The notes under the pieces: model-generated
What the model saw: the letters and a program-made list of their open reading frames with translations, nothing else
What the model was told of the DNA's origin: nothing
Database searches by the model: none
Program-made: the position numbers and the translations under genes
In this document: positions 29,049 to 38,897 of the stretch, in pieces
Layout: each line of letters begins with the position of its first letter
Numbering within the stretch: position 1 is the first letter of the stretch
Assembly (NCBI GenBank): GCA_036556265.1
Contig: DATBJU010000091.1
Span: 4,230 to 68,229, forward strand
Direction: 5' to 3'
Length of the DNA: 64,000 bases
DNA from: Xanthobacteraceae bacterium
Lineage (GTDB): Bacteria; Pseudomonadota; Alphaproteobacteria; Rhizobiales; Xanthobacteraceae

Positions 29049-31742
29049 GTGACCGCCCTCGACAGCTTCAAGTCGCGCAAGACCCTGCAAGTCGGATCCA
29101 AGAGCTACCAATACTACAGCCTGAAGACAGCCGAAGAGCGCGGCCTCAAGGGCGCAGGGAAACTTCCCTTTTCCCTCAAGGTATTACTGGAAAACCTGAT
29201 CCGTCACGAGGACGGCCGAACGGTCAAGAAGCAGGATATCAAGGCCGTCGTCGACTGGCTGAATCGGCGAAGAAGCGACCGCGAGATCGCCTTTCGCCCG
29301 GCGCGCGTGCTGATGCAGGACTTCACGGGTGTGCCCGCCGTGGTCGACCTCGCGGCCCTGCGCGACGCGATGAAGACGCTGGGCGGCGACCCCAACAAGA
29401 TCAATCCATTGGTGCCGGTCGATCTGGTCATCGACCACTCGGTGATCGTCGACTATTTCGGCGCCGGCAGCGCCTTCAAGCGCAACGTCGACATGGAATA
29501 CAAGCGGAATGGCGAGCGCTACCGCTTCCTCAAGTGGGGCCAGGCGGCCTTCGACAATTTTCGGGTGGTGCCGCCGGGGACCGGAATCTGCCACCAAGTG
29601 AACCTCGAGTACCTCTCGCGTACGGTCTGGACCAAGAGCGAGAAGACGAAGAGCGGTGCCGTCGAGTTCGCCTTCCCCGACACACTCGTCGGCACCGACA
29701 GCCACACCACCATGGTGAATGGGCTTTCCGTGCTCGGCTGGGGTGTCGGCGGCATCGAGGCCGAGGCCGCAATGCTCGGTCAGCCGATCTCGATGCTCAT
29801 TCCCGAGGTCGTCGGCTTCCGTCTCACCGGCAAGCTGCGCGAAGGCGTGACCGCGACGGATCTGGTCCTCACCGTGACGGAAATGCTGCGCAAGCACGGT
29901 GTCGTTGGCAAGTTCGTCGAGTTCTTCGGCGCCGGCGTGGGTTCGCTCTCCCTCGAAGACCGCGCGACCATCGGTAACATGGCGCCGGAGTACGGTGCGA
30001 CGTGCGGATTCTTCCCGATCGACGATGAGACCTTGCGGTACCTGACCGACACCGGTCGGCCATCCGACCAGGTCGCGCTGGTTGCCGCCTACGCCAAGGC
30101 GCAAGGGCTGTTCCGCACCGCTGCCACGCCGGACCCCACATTCACCGACACGCTCTCGCTCGACTTGAAAGACGTTGAGCCGTCGCTCGCCGGCCCCAAG
30201 CGTCCGCAGGATCGCGTGCCGCTTTCGGGGGTGAAGGCGGGATTCGCCGATGCGCTCGACAAAGAGTTCCGCAAGAGCGCGGAGCTCACCCGCCGCTTCG
30301 ACGTGAAAGGCAAGAAGTACGACCTCGGCCATGGCGACGTCGTGATCGCGGCCATCACATCCTGCACCAACACTTCGAATCCGAACGTGATGATCGCCGC
30401 CGGACTGCTTGCGCGCAAAGCGCGGCAGAAGGGCCTCAAGGTGAAGCCCTGGGTGAAGACGTCACTCGCACCTGGCTCCCAGGTGGTGGCCGAATATCTC
30501 AAGAAGGCGGGCCTTCAGAAGGACCTCGACGCGCTTGGCTTCAATCTCGTCGGCTTCGGCTGCACGACCTGCATCGGCAATTCAGGCCCGCTTCCCGACG
30601 CGATCTCGAAGACGGTGCAAGGCAACGACCTTGTTGCCGCCGCCGTGCTGTCCGGCAATCGCAATTTCGAAGGCCGCGTCAACGCGGACGTACGCGCGAA
30701 CTACCTCGCATCGCCTCCGCTAGTCGTCGCCTACGCGCTTGCTGGCTCCATGCAAATCGACCTTGCAAACGAGCCGATCGGCAAGAGCGCCAACGGCCGC
30801 AAGGTCTTCCTCAAGGACATCTGGCCGAGTTCGAAGGAGATCGCGACGTTCGTCAGACGATCCCTTTCAAAGAAGCTGTTCCAGAAGAAGTACGCGGACG
30901 TTTTCAAAGGTGACGCGCATTGGCGCAGCATCCGCGTACCGAAGGGCGACACGTATGCGTGGGATCCGAAATCCACGTATGTGCAGAACCCACCCTATTT
31001 CGTGCGTATGGGGAAACAGCCCGATGCTGTCGCCGATGTGGTGAACGCCCGCATCCTCGGGCTGTTCCTCGATTCCATCACCACCGACCACATTTCACCG
31101 GCCGGCTCGATCAAGGCTGCGTCGCCCGCGGGGAAGTACCTGATCGACCACGGCGTGAAGGTCCTCGATTTCAACCAGTACGGTACGCGACGCGGCAACC
31201 ACGAAGTCATGATGCGCGGCACGTTCGCCAACATCCGCATCAAGAATCAGATGGTGCCTGGCGTCGAGGGCGGCGTGACCGTGCATTACCCGTCGGGCGA
31301 GCGGCTGTCGATCTACGATGCCGCAATGCGCTACCGCACCGAGCGCGTGCCGCTCGTGGTCTTCGCCGGCAAGGAGTACGGAACCGGCTCCTCGCGCGAT
31401 TGGGCGGCGAAGGGAACGAAGCTTCTTGGCGTTCGTGCCGTGATCGCGCAAAGCTTCGAACGAATTCACCGTTCAAATCTCGTCGGCATGGGCGTGGTGC
31501 CGCTCACCTTCGAGGAGGGCACCTCGTGGCAGACCCTCGGCCTCAAGGGTAACGAGTCCGTGACGATCCGCGGTCTCGCCGGCGAGTTGAAGCCGCGCCA
31601 GTCATTGATTGCGGAGATCGCGTTCCCTGACGGCAACGTGAGGCGCGTGTCGCTCACGTGCCGGATCGAGACGCTCGACGAACTCGATTACTTCCGGAAC
31701 GGCGGCATCCTGCCCTACGTGCTGCGTCACCTCGCGGCCTGA
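29049..31742 (+). CDS. acnA: Aconitate hydratase A
   Basis: 897 aa from a GTG giving [13 protein letters not shown] (typical AcnA N-terminus). Fe-S ligand contexts are TSCTNTSNP and [10 protein letters not shown]. The track ORF starts 15 nt earlier at a TTG. Confidence 0.95.
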   Translation: MTALDSFKSRKTLQVGSKSYQYYSLKTAEERGLKGAGKLPFSLKVLLENLIRHEDGRTVKKQDIKAVVDWLNRRRSDREIAFRPARVLMQDFTGVPAVVDLAALRDAMKTLGGDPNKINPLVPVDLVIDHSVIVDYFGAGSAFKRNVDMEYKRNGERYRFLKWGQAAFDNFRVVPPGTGICHQVNLEYLSRTVWTKSEKTKSGAVEFAFPDTLVGTDSHTTMVNGLSVLGWGVGGIEAEAAMLGQPISMLIPEVVGFRLTGKLREGVTATDLVLTVTEMLRKHGVVGKFVEFFGAGVGSLSLEDRATIGNMAPEYGATCGFFPIDDETLRYLTDTGRPSDQVALVAAYAKAQGLFRTAATPDPTFTDTLSLDLKDVEPSLAGPKRPQDRVPLSGVKAGFADALDKEFRKSAELTRRFDVKGKKYDLGHGDVVIAAITSCTNTSNPNVMIAAGLLARKARQKGLKVKPWVKTSLAPGSQVVAEYLKKAGLQKDLDALGFNLVGFGCTTCIGNSGPLPDAISKTVQGNDLVAAAVLSGNRNFEGRVNADVRANYLASPPLVVAYALAGSMQIDLANEPIGKSANGRKVFLKDIWPSSKEIATFVRRSLSKKLFQKKYADVFKGDAHWRSIRVPKGDTYAWDPKSTYVQNPPYFVRMGKQPDAVADVVNARILGLFLDSITTDHISPAGSIKAASPAGKYLIDHGVKVLDFNQYGTRRGNHEVMMRGTFANIRIKNQMVPGVEGGVTVHYPSGERLSIYDAAMRYRTERVPLVVFAGKEYGTGSSRDWAAKGTKLLGVRAVIAQSFERIHRSNLVGMGVVPLTFEEGTSWQTLGLKGNESVTIRGLAGELKPRQSLIAEIAFPDGNVRRVSLTCRIETLDELDYFRNGGILPYVLRHLAA

Positions 31743-31837
31743 AGGAAATGGCCGAAAAGACGCTGCTTTCACCCCGAATTGACTTGGCGGTGAAGGCGAC
31801 CCGGCCCTATTCGTCTTCCGACTGGTTGGAGCGTTGC

Positions 31838-32563
31838 ATGCGGTTTTGGCCTAGCTTGATTTGCGTGCTCGCCGTCTTCGCCTTCACCGGCGGACCGGCG
31901 GCGGCCGGCGACGCGAAGGCCGTCGTGGAGCTGTTTACGAGCCAGGGTTGCTCGTCCTGTCCGCCCGCCGACAAGCTGCTCGGTGAGTTCGCGAAGGATG
32001 AACAGCTGATCGTGCTGAGCCTTGCGATCGACTACTGGGATTATCTCGGCTGGCGCGACACGCTCGCACTGCACGCCCACACCAATCGTCAGAAGGGCTA
32101 CTCCGCCCATCGGGGGGACCGTCACGTCTATACGCCGCAGGTGGTGATCAACGGCGCCGTCGAGACAGTCGGCAGCAACCGTCATGCGATCGACCTCATC
32201 ATTGGGAAAATCGAATCCACGAACACGCTCTCGGTGCCGGTCGCGCTCACGCGCAACGGCGCCAATGTCGACATCGAGGTCGGTGCCGGCAGCGGCTCGG
32301 CGTCGATCTGGATGCTACCTGTAACGAAGCAGGCGCCGGTCACGATCGAGCGCGGCGAGAACCGCGGCAAGACAATCACATATCACAACGTCGTCCGTGG
32401 CTGGACGCGCGTCGGCGACTGGCGCGGCGCCCCGGTGCGCCTGTCGCTTGCGATCGCCGACATGGCCCAATCCGGAGCCGACATGGCGGCTGTTCTCGTG
32501 CAATCGGGAACGGTGGAAGCGCCGGGACCGATTCGCGGCGGCGCACTGATCGCGCTGCGATAG
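31838..32563 (+). CDS. DUF1223 domain-containing secreted thioredoxin-like protein
   Basis: 241 aa with a signal peptide (LICVLAVFAFTGGPAAA), then ELFTSQGCSSCPPAD and DYWDYLGWRD, typical of DUF1223. ATG at 31838. Confidence 0.7.
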   Translation: MRFWPSLICVLAVFAFTGGPAAAGDAKAVVELFTSQGCSSCPPADKLLGEFAKDEQLIVLSLAIDYWDYLGWRDTLALHAHTNRQKGYSAHRGDRHVYTPQVVINGAVETVGSNRHAIDLIIGKIESTNTLSVPVALTRNGANVDIEVGAGSGSASIWMLPVTKQAPVTIERGENRGKTITYHNVVRGWTRVGDWRGAPVRLSLAIADMAQSGADMAAVLVQSGTVEAPGPIRGGALIALR

Positions 32564-32588
32564 CCCGAGGCGGCACCCATACAAAGAT

Positions 32589-32609
32589 CGGGCCGGCAAA
32601 GCCGGCCCG
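32589..32609. terminator. GC hairpin (possible bidirectional terminator)
   Basis: CGGGCCGGC-AAA-GCCGGCCCG, a 9-bp stem. The minus-strand tail GATCTTTGTAT is more U-rich than the plus-strand tail GAAAAGCATCTT. Confidence 0.5.
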
Positions 32610-32916
32610 AAAAGCATCTTGGGGATTGAACCGTACGCGGAATCGTAAGGGTCGACCCACGGAAGCCCGGGGGGCTGGGGGGCTGGGATAAACCGGCGCT
32701 TCGCGCAGGTCGACCCGGAGGCTACGAATTAGAAAAATCTCCGACCGCTTGGGCGTGGCAGGGGCTGAATTCAGGCGAGATTATGATTTTTCCGGTGTCT
32801 TCCTAACGTCCCTGTGAAGCGCGCATTCTATTCCCTGAAAACATCAGGACTTGCTCGCGGCCGAGCCCAGCGCGATCATGACGTTGAGACGACGAAACGC
32901 GTGACAAGGAGGCGCC

Positions 32917-33279
32917 ATGAGCGAACTTGAACCGATAGCGTTTCCGGGGGGCGGCACGCGCAGGCGTCCCCAACCCCCCGGCCCAAGGGTCACCTTCGAA
33001 CGTCGCGAGCTCGACAGAATTCTCAATCTTTATGGCCGCAAGGTCGCGGCCGGCGAATGGCGCGACTACGCCATCCAGTTTCTCAGAGACCGAGCCGTGT
33101 TTTCGGTTTTCCGCCGCGCCGCGGAGACGCCGCTTTACCGCATCGTGAAAGATACAAGTCTGGCGCGTCGCCAAGGCGCGTTTGCGGTGGTCGCGGCCTC
33201 CGGACACGTGCTCAGGCGTGGTCACGATCTCGATCGCGTTTTGCGCACGCTCGAGCCAACGCTTCGCGTCGTCAATTGA
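32917..33279 (+). CDS. DUF2794 domain-containing protein
   Basis: 120 aa with the RBS AAGGAGG and the conserved core FERRELDRILNLYGRKVAAGEWRDYAI, as in alphaproteobacterial DUF2794 proteins. Confidence 0.65.
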   Translation: MSELEPIAFPGGGTRRRPQPPGPRVTFERRELDRILNLYGRKVAAGEWRDYAIQFLRDRAVFSVFRRAAETPLYRIVKDTSLARRQGAFAVVAASGHVLRRGHDLDRVLRTLEPTLRVVN

Positions 33280-33331
33280 CGACCGCGAATGCGGTCGTCA
33301 TCCCGGGCGAGCCGAAGGCGAGACCCGGGAT
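33278..33331. repeat. Two adjacent palindromic hairpins, the second of the alphaproteobacterial ATCCCGGG...CCCGGGAT REP-like type
   Basis: GACGACCGC-GAAT-GCGGTCGTC (33278-33299, overlaps the stop codon), then ATCCCGGG-N16-CCCGGGAT (33300-33331). Confidence 0.55.
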
Positions 33332-33351
33332 CGCATCGGGGCGCGCGGAAC

Positions 33352-33390
33352 GTACGAAAAAGCAAAGGCCCCGGCGCGAGCCGGGGCCTT
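33352..33390 (-). terminator. Intrinsic terminator of the BI-1 family gene
   Basis: Perfect 11-bp stem AAGGCCCCGGC/GCCGGGGCCTT with a 4-nt loop, followed on the minus strand by TGCTTTTTCG. Confidence 0.75.
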
Positions 33391-33412
33391 GTCGTTCAGC
33401 GCCGCTGTGCCG

Positions 33413-34180
33413 TCACTCCTGGCGATTGCCGAAGAGCTGCAGCAGAAACATGAACATGTTCAGGAAGTCGAGGTACAGGCGAAGCGCGCCCATCACCGCC
33501 TTGCGGCCGGCGACGGTCCCGTCATCCGCCACGTAGTACATCTCCTTGATCTGCTGCGTGTCATAAGCGGTAAGCCCGGCGAACACGAGCACGCCGACCA
33601 CCGAAATGATCCACTGGAGCATCGACGAGACAAGAAAGATGTTCACGACCATCGCGATCAACAGCCCAATCACGCCCATCAGCAAGAAAGAGCGCATCGG
33701 CGAGAGATCGGTCTTGGTCGTATAGCCGTAGAGGCTCAGCGCCCCGAACGACGCGGCAGTGATGAAGAACACGCGGGTGATGCTCTGCCCGGTGAATACG
33801 AGGAAGATCACCGACAGAGACAACCCGACCAGCGCAGCATAGACCCAAAACAAGGCCTGCGCAGCACCGACGCTCAGCCGATCGATCCGGAAGCTCAGGA
33901 AGAACACCAGCGCAAGCGGCGCGAAGATCACGACCCACTTCAGCGGACTCGCATAGAGCAGCTGCCCGATCTGGGTGAGCGCGCGTGCACCAGTCGCCGG
34001 GTCGACTGCGACGGCGGCCATGAACGTGCCAAGCGCGACCGCGCCGGTAATGGCGAGGCCGACGGTCATGTAGTTGTAGACCCTCAGCATGTAGGCCCGC
34101 AGGCCTTCGTCCACCGCGACCCGGTCGCGAGCGACGGTCGTGCCGTAACGGGCTGCCGGATTGGGGTTGTATTCGGACAT
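33413..34180 (-). CDS. Bax inhibitor-1/YccA/YbhL family membrane protein
   Basis: 255 aa, 7 TM, with LRAYMLRVYNYMTVGLAITG and a C-terminal GALRLYLDFLNMFMFLLQLFG typical of BI-1. ATG at 34178-34180. Confidence 0.88.
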   Translation of the reverse strand: MSEYNPNPAARYGTTVARDRVAVDEGLRAYMLRVYNYMTVGLAITGAVALGTFMAAVAVDPATGARALTQIGQLLYASPLKWVVIFAPLALVFFLSFRIDRLSVGAAQALFWVYAALVGLSLSVIFLVFTGQSITRVFFITAASFGALSLYGYTTKTDLSPMRSFLLMGVIGLLIAMVVNIFLVSSMLQWIISVVGVLVFAGLTAYDTQQIKEMYYVADDGTVAGRKAVMGALRLYLDFLNMFMFLLQLFGNRQE

Positions 34181-34335
34181 CTTTGGACCTCTCTCCTCCC
34201 TCAACGACCGCGGTCCCTTGCTAAGGGTGCGTATCGTGGGTTCGCCCGCAAATATGGTGATCACGGATTGTGGCAGCAAGTGAATTCGCTGCAACCTTGC
34301 GTGAAGCGTAAATACGGGGCTTTGTCAGGTCTAAT
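34181..34335 (-). promoter_or_regulatory. 155-nt 5' leader of the BI-1 (ybhL-type) gene; possible ybhL-leader RNA motif
   Basis: Non-coding gap with small hairpins (CCCTT-AGC-AAGGG, palindromes GTGATCAC and ACCGCGGT) and the RBS GGGAGGAGAGAGG. A ybhL leader motif is described for alphaproteobacteria, but I cannot match the consensus from memory. Confidence 0.3.
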
Positions 34336-36906
34336 TCACAGGTTTCGCAGGATCCGCGCGGGTTTCTCCCCGAGTGCCCGCCAGGTCCCGATCAGGCCGA
34401 AGGCGACCGTCAGTGCTACCGCGACACCCGCTGCGAGCGCCGCCGCCGAAAAGGCAAAGCTGAAGCGGAATCGCATGACCTCCTCCACCACATAGGCCGC
34501 GGCAACGCCCCCGGCCGCACTCGCAACGAGCGCGGTGGCAATGCCGAGAATTACGTACTCCAGCCCGTAGGCGAGCACGAGACGGCCGCGTGTTGCGCCG
34601 AGGGTCTTCAGGATCACGGCATCGTATACCCGGCCGTGGTGCCCGGCGGCGAGCGCGCCGGCGAGCACCAGGACGCTCGCGATTACCGTGATCATGCTCG
34701 CACCTCGTATGCCGAGCGTGAGATCGGAGACGATCGCGTTGATCGCCTCGAGCGCCTCCTTGACGCGAACCGTGGTGACCGCGGGGAACGCGGCCGCGAT
34801 CTCCTTGAGAAGCACGAGCTCGGTTTGCGCCGTCGCCGTATTCGCGAACGTGAGCGACGCGAGCAGCGAATGCGGCGCACCGCGGAACGTATTCGGCGAG
34901 AACAACATCACGAAATTGATGCCAAGGCTCTCCCACTCGATCGCCCGGAGATTGGCGATTCTCGCCTCAAAGGTGCGGCCAAGAACGCTCACCGCGATCG
35001 TATCCCCGAGCTTGAGACCAAGCCCGTCAGCCAACCGTTTGTCGAAGGAAACGAGTGGCGGCCCATCGTAATCCGCCGACCACCACGTGCCTGCCACAAC
35101 CCGCGATCCGGGTGGAAGCTGAGCCGCGAAGGTAATGCCCCGGTCAGACTGCAGTACCCACGCGGCGTCCGGATCGGGGGTCACCTTGTCGACTGGAACA
35201 TCCTTCAACCTCACGATTCGGCCGCGCAACAGCGGCACCTCATCGAGACGCGCATTCGGCGCCCGGTCGAGCACGAACTTCGAGAAGCGTTCTGCGTCCG
35301 CCGAGGGAATATCGATGAAGAAGAAGCTCGGCGCGCGCTCGGGAAGCGTTGCCGTGAGTTGATTGCGCAGGTTGCTCTCGATGAGCGCGAGCGTGACGAG
35401 CAACGAGAGGCCGAGACCGAGCGAAAGCACCACAGTCGGAGTGAGTGCCCCGGGCCGGTGCACGTTGGCAATCGCGAGCTTCAACGGGATCGAACGCGCG
35501 CGCGGCAGCCGCCGCGCAAGCCCCATGAGACCGGACGCCAAGGCGCGCAGGACCACGAAGACCGCCGCCGCCGCAACGACGTAGATCAATGCAACGCGCT
35601 GTACCTCCGCGCTCAAAATCGTCAGTGCTACGAGGGTTGCCGCTGCGGCCGCGGCGAGCACGATATAGCGCCGTCGCGGCATGCGCCGATATGGCTCGAC
35701 TTCATCGCGGAACAGTGCCGAAACGGGGACGTCGTGCGCACGACCAAGCGGCCACAGCGCAAACACGAGCACGACAAGAAATCCGTAGGTGAGCGCGAGC
35801 AGAAGCGCGCGCGGATGAATGGCGGGCACGAGGGGAATCGGGATGATCGCCTGGAAACCCCAGGCGACGAGATAAGGGAGCGAGAGACCGATCAGCAATC
35901 CGATCGCTATGCCGACAAGCGCAATCAGCCCGACTTCAGCGAGATAGATCGCAAATACCGTGCCGCCCGAGGCGCCAACCGCCTTCAGCGTCGCCATGGC
36001 GCCGCGCTTGCGATCGAGATAGTGCTTGACTGCGTTCGCCACGCCGACGCCGCCGACGAGGAGCGCCGTCAGTCCCACGAGCGTCAGGAACTCTGCGAAG
36101 CGGCGCACATTGTCCTCGAGCCGGGGCGCTGCACCGGCCCGCGTGCGCATCTCCCAGCCGGCGTCCGGGAAACGCGCGCGGGCTTCGCTCGTCACATTCG
36201 CCAGCGATGCGTCGGAGCGATCAGCGAGACGAACCCGATAGGTCCAGCGCACGACGCTGCCCGGCTGCAGCAACCCGGTGGCGCGCAGTCCTTCATCCGA
36301 GAGCAGAAGCCGCGGAGCTAGTCCCATGCCAAGGGCGAGCTTGTCCGGTTCCACTGCAAGCCCACCGGCGATTCGCACCTGCGCATCGCCGATGCGGATC
36401 GTCTCGCCCTGCGCAACGCCGAGCCGTACCAGCAGCGCTTCATCAGCGAGCGCGCCGTACGTGTCGCCGCGCCGCGAAAGCGCGTCGCTGAGGCTCATGG
36501 CAGGGTTGACCGTGACCGCCCCCGCAAGCGGGTAGAGACCGTCCACCGCCTTCAGCTCGACGAGGGCCGCGTCGCCATCCTCCGCCCGCGCCATCGCCCG
36601 CATGGTGGCGATGCGCGAGACCTGCCCGCGCCCTTCGAGGAAGGCCCGCTCATCGGCCGTCGCCTCGCGCAACGCCAGCGAGAACGCAATATCGCCGCCC
36701 AGAATGACCGCGCCCTCGCGGGCGAGGCCGTCAGATAGCGAGCGCGCGAGCGAGCCGACGCCGGCGATGGCGGCAACGCCAAGCGCGAGACATGAGAGGA
36801 AGACCCCGAAGCCGCGCACACCACCGCGCAGCTCGCGCAGGGCAAGCCGCAGCACGATGACGAGCCGCCACCAGAACGTCGAGCGCGCTGGAACGAACGC
36901 GCTCAT
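34336..36906 (-). CDS. FtsX-family ABC transporter permease (YbbP-like, duplicated permease domains)
   Basis: 856 aa, about 10 TM arranged as two FtsX-like modules. ATGA overlap with the upstream ATPase gene. Confidence 0.85.
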   Translation of the reverse strand: MSAFVPARSTFWWRLVIVLRLALRELRGGVRGFGVFLSCLALGVAAIAGVGSLARSLSDGLAREGAVILGGDIAFSLALREATADERAFLEGRGQVSRIATMRAMARAEDGDAALVELKAVDGLYPLAGAVTVNPAMSLSDALSRRGDTYGALADEALLVRLGVAQGETIRIGDAQVRIAGGLAVEPDKLALGMGLAPRLLLSDEGLRATGLLQPGSVVRWTYRVRLADRSDASLANVTSEARARFPDAGWEMRTRAGAAPRLEDNVRRFAEFLTLVGLTALLVGGVGVANAVKHYLDRKRGAMATLKAVGASGGTVFAIYLAEVGLIALVGIAIGLLIGLSLPYLVAWGFQAIIPIPLVPAIHPRALLLALTYGFLVVLVFALWPLGRAHDVPVSALFRDEVEPYRRMPRRRYIVLAAAAAATLVALTILSAEVQRVALIYVVAAAAVFVVLRALASGLMGLARRLPRARSIPLKLAIANVHRPGALTPTVVLSLGLGLSLLVTLALIESNLRNQLTATLPERAPSFFFIDIPSADAERFSKFVLDRAPNARLDEVPLLRGRIVRLKDVPVDKVTPDPDAAWVLQSDRGITFAAQLPPGSRVVAGTWWSADYDGPPLVSFDKRLADGLGLKLGDTIAVSVLGRTFEARIANLRAIEWESLGINFVMLFSPNTFRGAPHSLLASLTFANTATAQTELVLLKEIAAAFPAVTTVRVKEALEAINAIVSDLTLGIRGASMITVIASVLVLAGALAAGHHGRVYDAVILKTLGATRGRLVLAYGLEYVILGIATALVASAAGGVAAAYVVEEVMRFRFSFAFSAAALAAGVAVALTVAFGLIGTWRALGEKPARILRNL

Positions 36907-37637
36907 GCGCGGCTGGCCTTTGCGTCGGCGCGCGCGGATGCTGCCTCGACGATGCCAGAATGCATGCGAATGACCCGGTCGCAGCGCCGGGTGAGCGCCG
37001 GATCGTGGGTGACGATGACCAGCGTCGAGCCGCGCTGGGCACGGATCGTGAACAGGAGATCCATAATCTCCTTGCCTGTCGCCTCGTCCAGGTTGCCGGT
37101 CGGCTCGTCGGCGAGCACGAGCGCCGGATCCGGCGCGAGCGCGCGGGCGAGCGCAACGCGCTGCTGCTCGCCCCCCGAGAGCTGCGCGGGATAGTGCTCG
37201 AGCCGTTCACCAAGCCCGACGCTCGCGAGTTCTTCGCGCGCGCGAACGATCGCGTCCTCCCGTCCAGCGAGCTCGAGCGGCACGGCCACGTTTTCCAGCG
37301 CCGTCATTGTGGGAATGAGATGGAACGACTGGAACACGATGCCGACAGCGCGGCCGCGAAAGCGCGCAAGCGCATCCTCGTCGAGCCGCACGAGGTCCTC
37401 GCCTGCGACGACGACGCGGCCCTCGTTCGGCCGCTCCAGTCCAGCCATCACCATGAGGAGCGTCGATTTGCCCGAGCCGGAGGGCCCCACCAGTCCGACC
37501 GCCTCACCGCGCGCAATTTGAAGCGACACGTGCTTGAGGATATGTACCCGAGCGGCGCCGGAGCCCAGTGAAAGATCCACGCCCTCAATGCGCACGGCGG
37601 GTTGATCGAGGCGGCGCTTCGTCGAGGATTGGTCCAT
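36903..37637 (-). CDS. ABC transporter ATP-binding protein (YbbA-like)
   Basis: Walker A GPSGSGKSTLL, signature LSGGEQQRVALARAL and Walker B LVLADEPTGNLD. The start is ambiguous (ATG 37637, upstream start 37655, GTG 37595). Confidence 0.9.
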   Translation of the reverse strand: MDQSSTKRRLDQPAVRIEGVDLSLGSGAARVHILKHVSLQIARGEAVGLVGPSGSGKSTLLMVMAGLERPNEGRVVVAGEDLVRLDEDALARFRGRAVGIVFQSFHLIPTMTALENVAVPLELAGREDAIVRAREELASVGLGERLEHYPAQLSGGEQQRVALARALAPDPALVLADEPTGNLDEATGKEIMDLLFTIRAQRGSTLVIVTHDPALTRRCDRVIRMHSGIVEAASARADAKASRA

Positions 37638-38343
37638 GCGTTCGGTCCGTAGCACACGTCACGGCGGCCTGCCGGGCTCCGTCAGAATTGCGGCGCCGTC
37701 GCGACGCGCCACACTCCTAGCATTGCTGACCGCCCTGTGCGCTCACTTTGGCTCGATCCCGCTCGCGGCGGAGCCGCTCCATATCGTTGCGTTCGGCGAT
37801 AGCCTGATGGCCGGGCACGGTCTCGCCGAAACCGACGCCTTCCCCGCGAAGCTTGAGGCGGCGCTCAAGACCAAGGGACACGACGTGCGTATTTCCAATG
37901 CCGGTGTGTCCGGCGACACGGCGAGCGGGGGTCTTGCGCGACTTGATTGGTCGGTGCCCGACCGTGTCGATGCGGTGATTCTCGAGCTCGGCGCGAACGA
38001 CGCGTTGCGCGCCCTCGACCCCGCGATCACACGCAAGTCGCTCGACGCGATCATCCGCCGCCTCAAGGAGCGGCGCATCGAAGTGCTGCTAGCGGGCATG
38101 CAGGCGCCGCGCAACCTAGGCGCGGAATACGTCGCAGCCTTCGACCGCATCTATCCCGACCTCGCAAAGGCGCACGACATTCTCCTTTACCCGTTCTTCC
38201 TCGATGGCGTCGCAACAGATACCGGGCTCAACCAGCGCGACGGCCTTCATCCCACCGTCGCCGGCATCGATGTAATCGTGGCGCGCATTTTGCCTGCGGT
38301 AGAGCAATTGATCGCGCGCGTGCGCGCGAACCGAAAGGGCTGA
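37636..38343 (+). CDS. tesA: SGNH/GDSL arylesterase/thioesterase (TesA-like), exported
   Basis: Signal peptide followed by [10 protein letters not shown] (GDS block I), GANDALR and a DGLHP-type block V. Divergent from the ybbA/ybbP-like genes, as in E. coli. Confidence 0.8.
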   Translation: MRSVRSTRHGGLPGSVRIAAPSRRATLLALLTALCAHFGSIPLAAEPLHIVAFGDSLMAGHGLAETDAFPAKLEAALKTKGHDVRISNAGVSGDTASGGLARLDWSVPDRVDAVILELGANDALRALDPAITRKSLDAIIRRLKERRIEVLLAGMQAPRNLGAEYVAAFDRIYPDLAKAHDILLYPFFLDGVATDTGLNQRDGLHPTVAGIDVIVARILPAVEQLIARVRANRKG

Positions 38344-38346
38344 GCC

Positions 38347-38883
38347 TTGCCGCGCCTTTTCACCGGCATCGAGATTCCGGCGCAGATTGCGCAAGGCCTG
38401 TCCATGCTGCGCGGCGGGCTTCCGGGTGCGCGATGGATCGATCCCGAGAACTATCATCTGACCCTTCGCTTCATCGGCGACGTGGACGGCCACGTCGGCC
38501 GCGACGTAATGCAGATTCTGGGCGGCGTTCGGCGCTCGGCATTCGAGCTTGTGCTGGACCGGCTCGACCAGTTCGGAGGGAAGAAGCCACGCGCGGTGTT
38601 CGCCGGTGCAACCCCGAGCGCCGCGCTTCTGGAATTGCGGGCGGAGCACGAACGTCTGCTGCGACGGATCGGCCTGCCGCCCGAGCAGCGCAAGTATGCG
38701 CCGCATGTTACACTGGCTCGGCTGCGGGATTCCTCAGCGCACCAGGTGGCGGACTATCTTTCCAGCCGCGCGCCGTTCCGCAGCCCGCCGTTCCCGGTGA
38801 GCCGCTTCGTTTTGTTCTCGTCGCGCGCATCTACCGGCGGCGGTCCCTATGTCGTGGAAGCCGCCTATCCGCTCGATGGATGA
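38347..38883 (+). CDS. thpR: RNA 2',3'-cyclic phosphodiesterase (2H phosphoesterase, ThpR/LigT)
   Basis: 178 aa with two HxTx motifs (HLTLRF, HVTLAR). TTG start giving [11 protein letters not shown]. Confidence 0.85.
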   Translation: MPRLFTGIEIPAQIAQGLSMLRGGLPGARWIDPENYHLTLRFIGDVDGHVGRDVMQILGGVRRSAFELVLDRLDQFGGKKPRAVFAGATPSAALLELRAEHERLLRRIGLPPEQRKYAPHVTLARLRDSSAHQVADYLSSRAPFRSPPFPVSRFVLFSSRASTGGGPYVVEAAYPLDG

Positions 38884-38897
38884 ACCGGAGAATCACC

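Noticed and set aside
32621-32636. GGTTCAATCCCC on the minus strand resembling a tRNA/tmRNA T-loop
   Set aside because: The flanking bases cannot form a T-stem or acceptor stem, and there is no CCA or tag-peptide reading frame nearby. It is not a tRNA or a two-piece tmRNA.
32669-32687. G-run tandem repeat as a G-quadruplex
   Set aside because: There are effectively only three separated G-tracts. Splitting the G6 runs gives zero-length loops, so a canonical four-tract G4 is not supported. I kept it only as part of the intergenic-region finding.
34636-36321. 561-aa ORF (and the 33182-34495 437-aa ORF) on the plus strand
   Set aside because: Both are antisense to the FtsX-type permease and BI-1 genes. 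Their composition is Arg/His/Asp/Glu-rich with no motifs, so they are artefacts.
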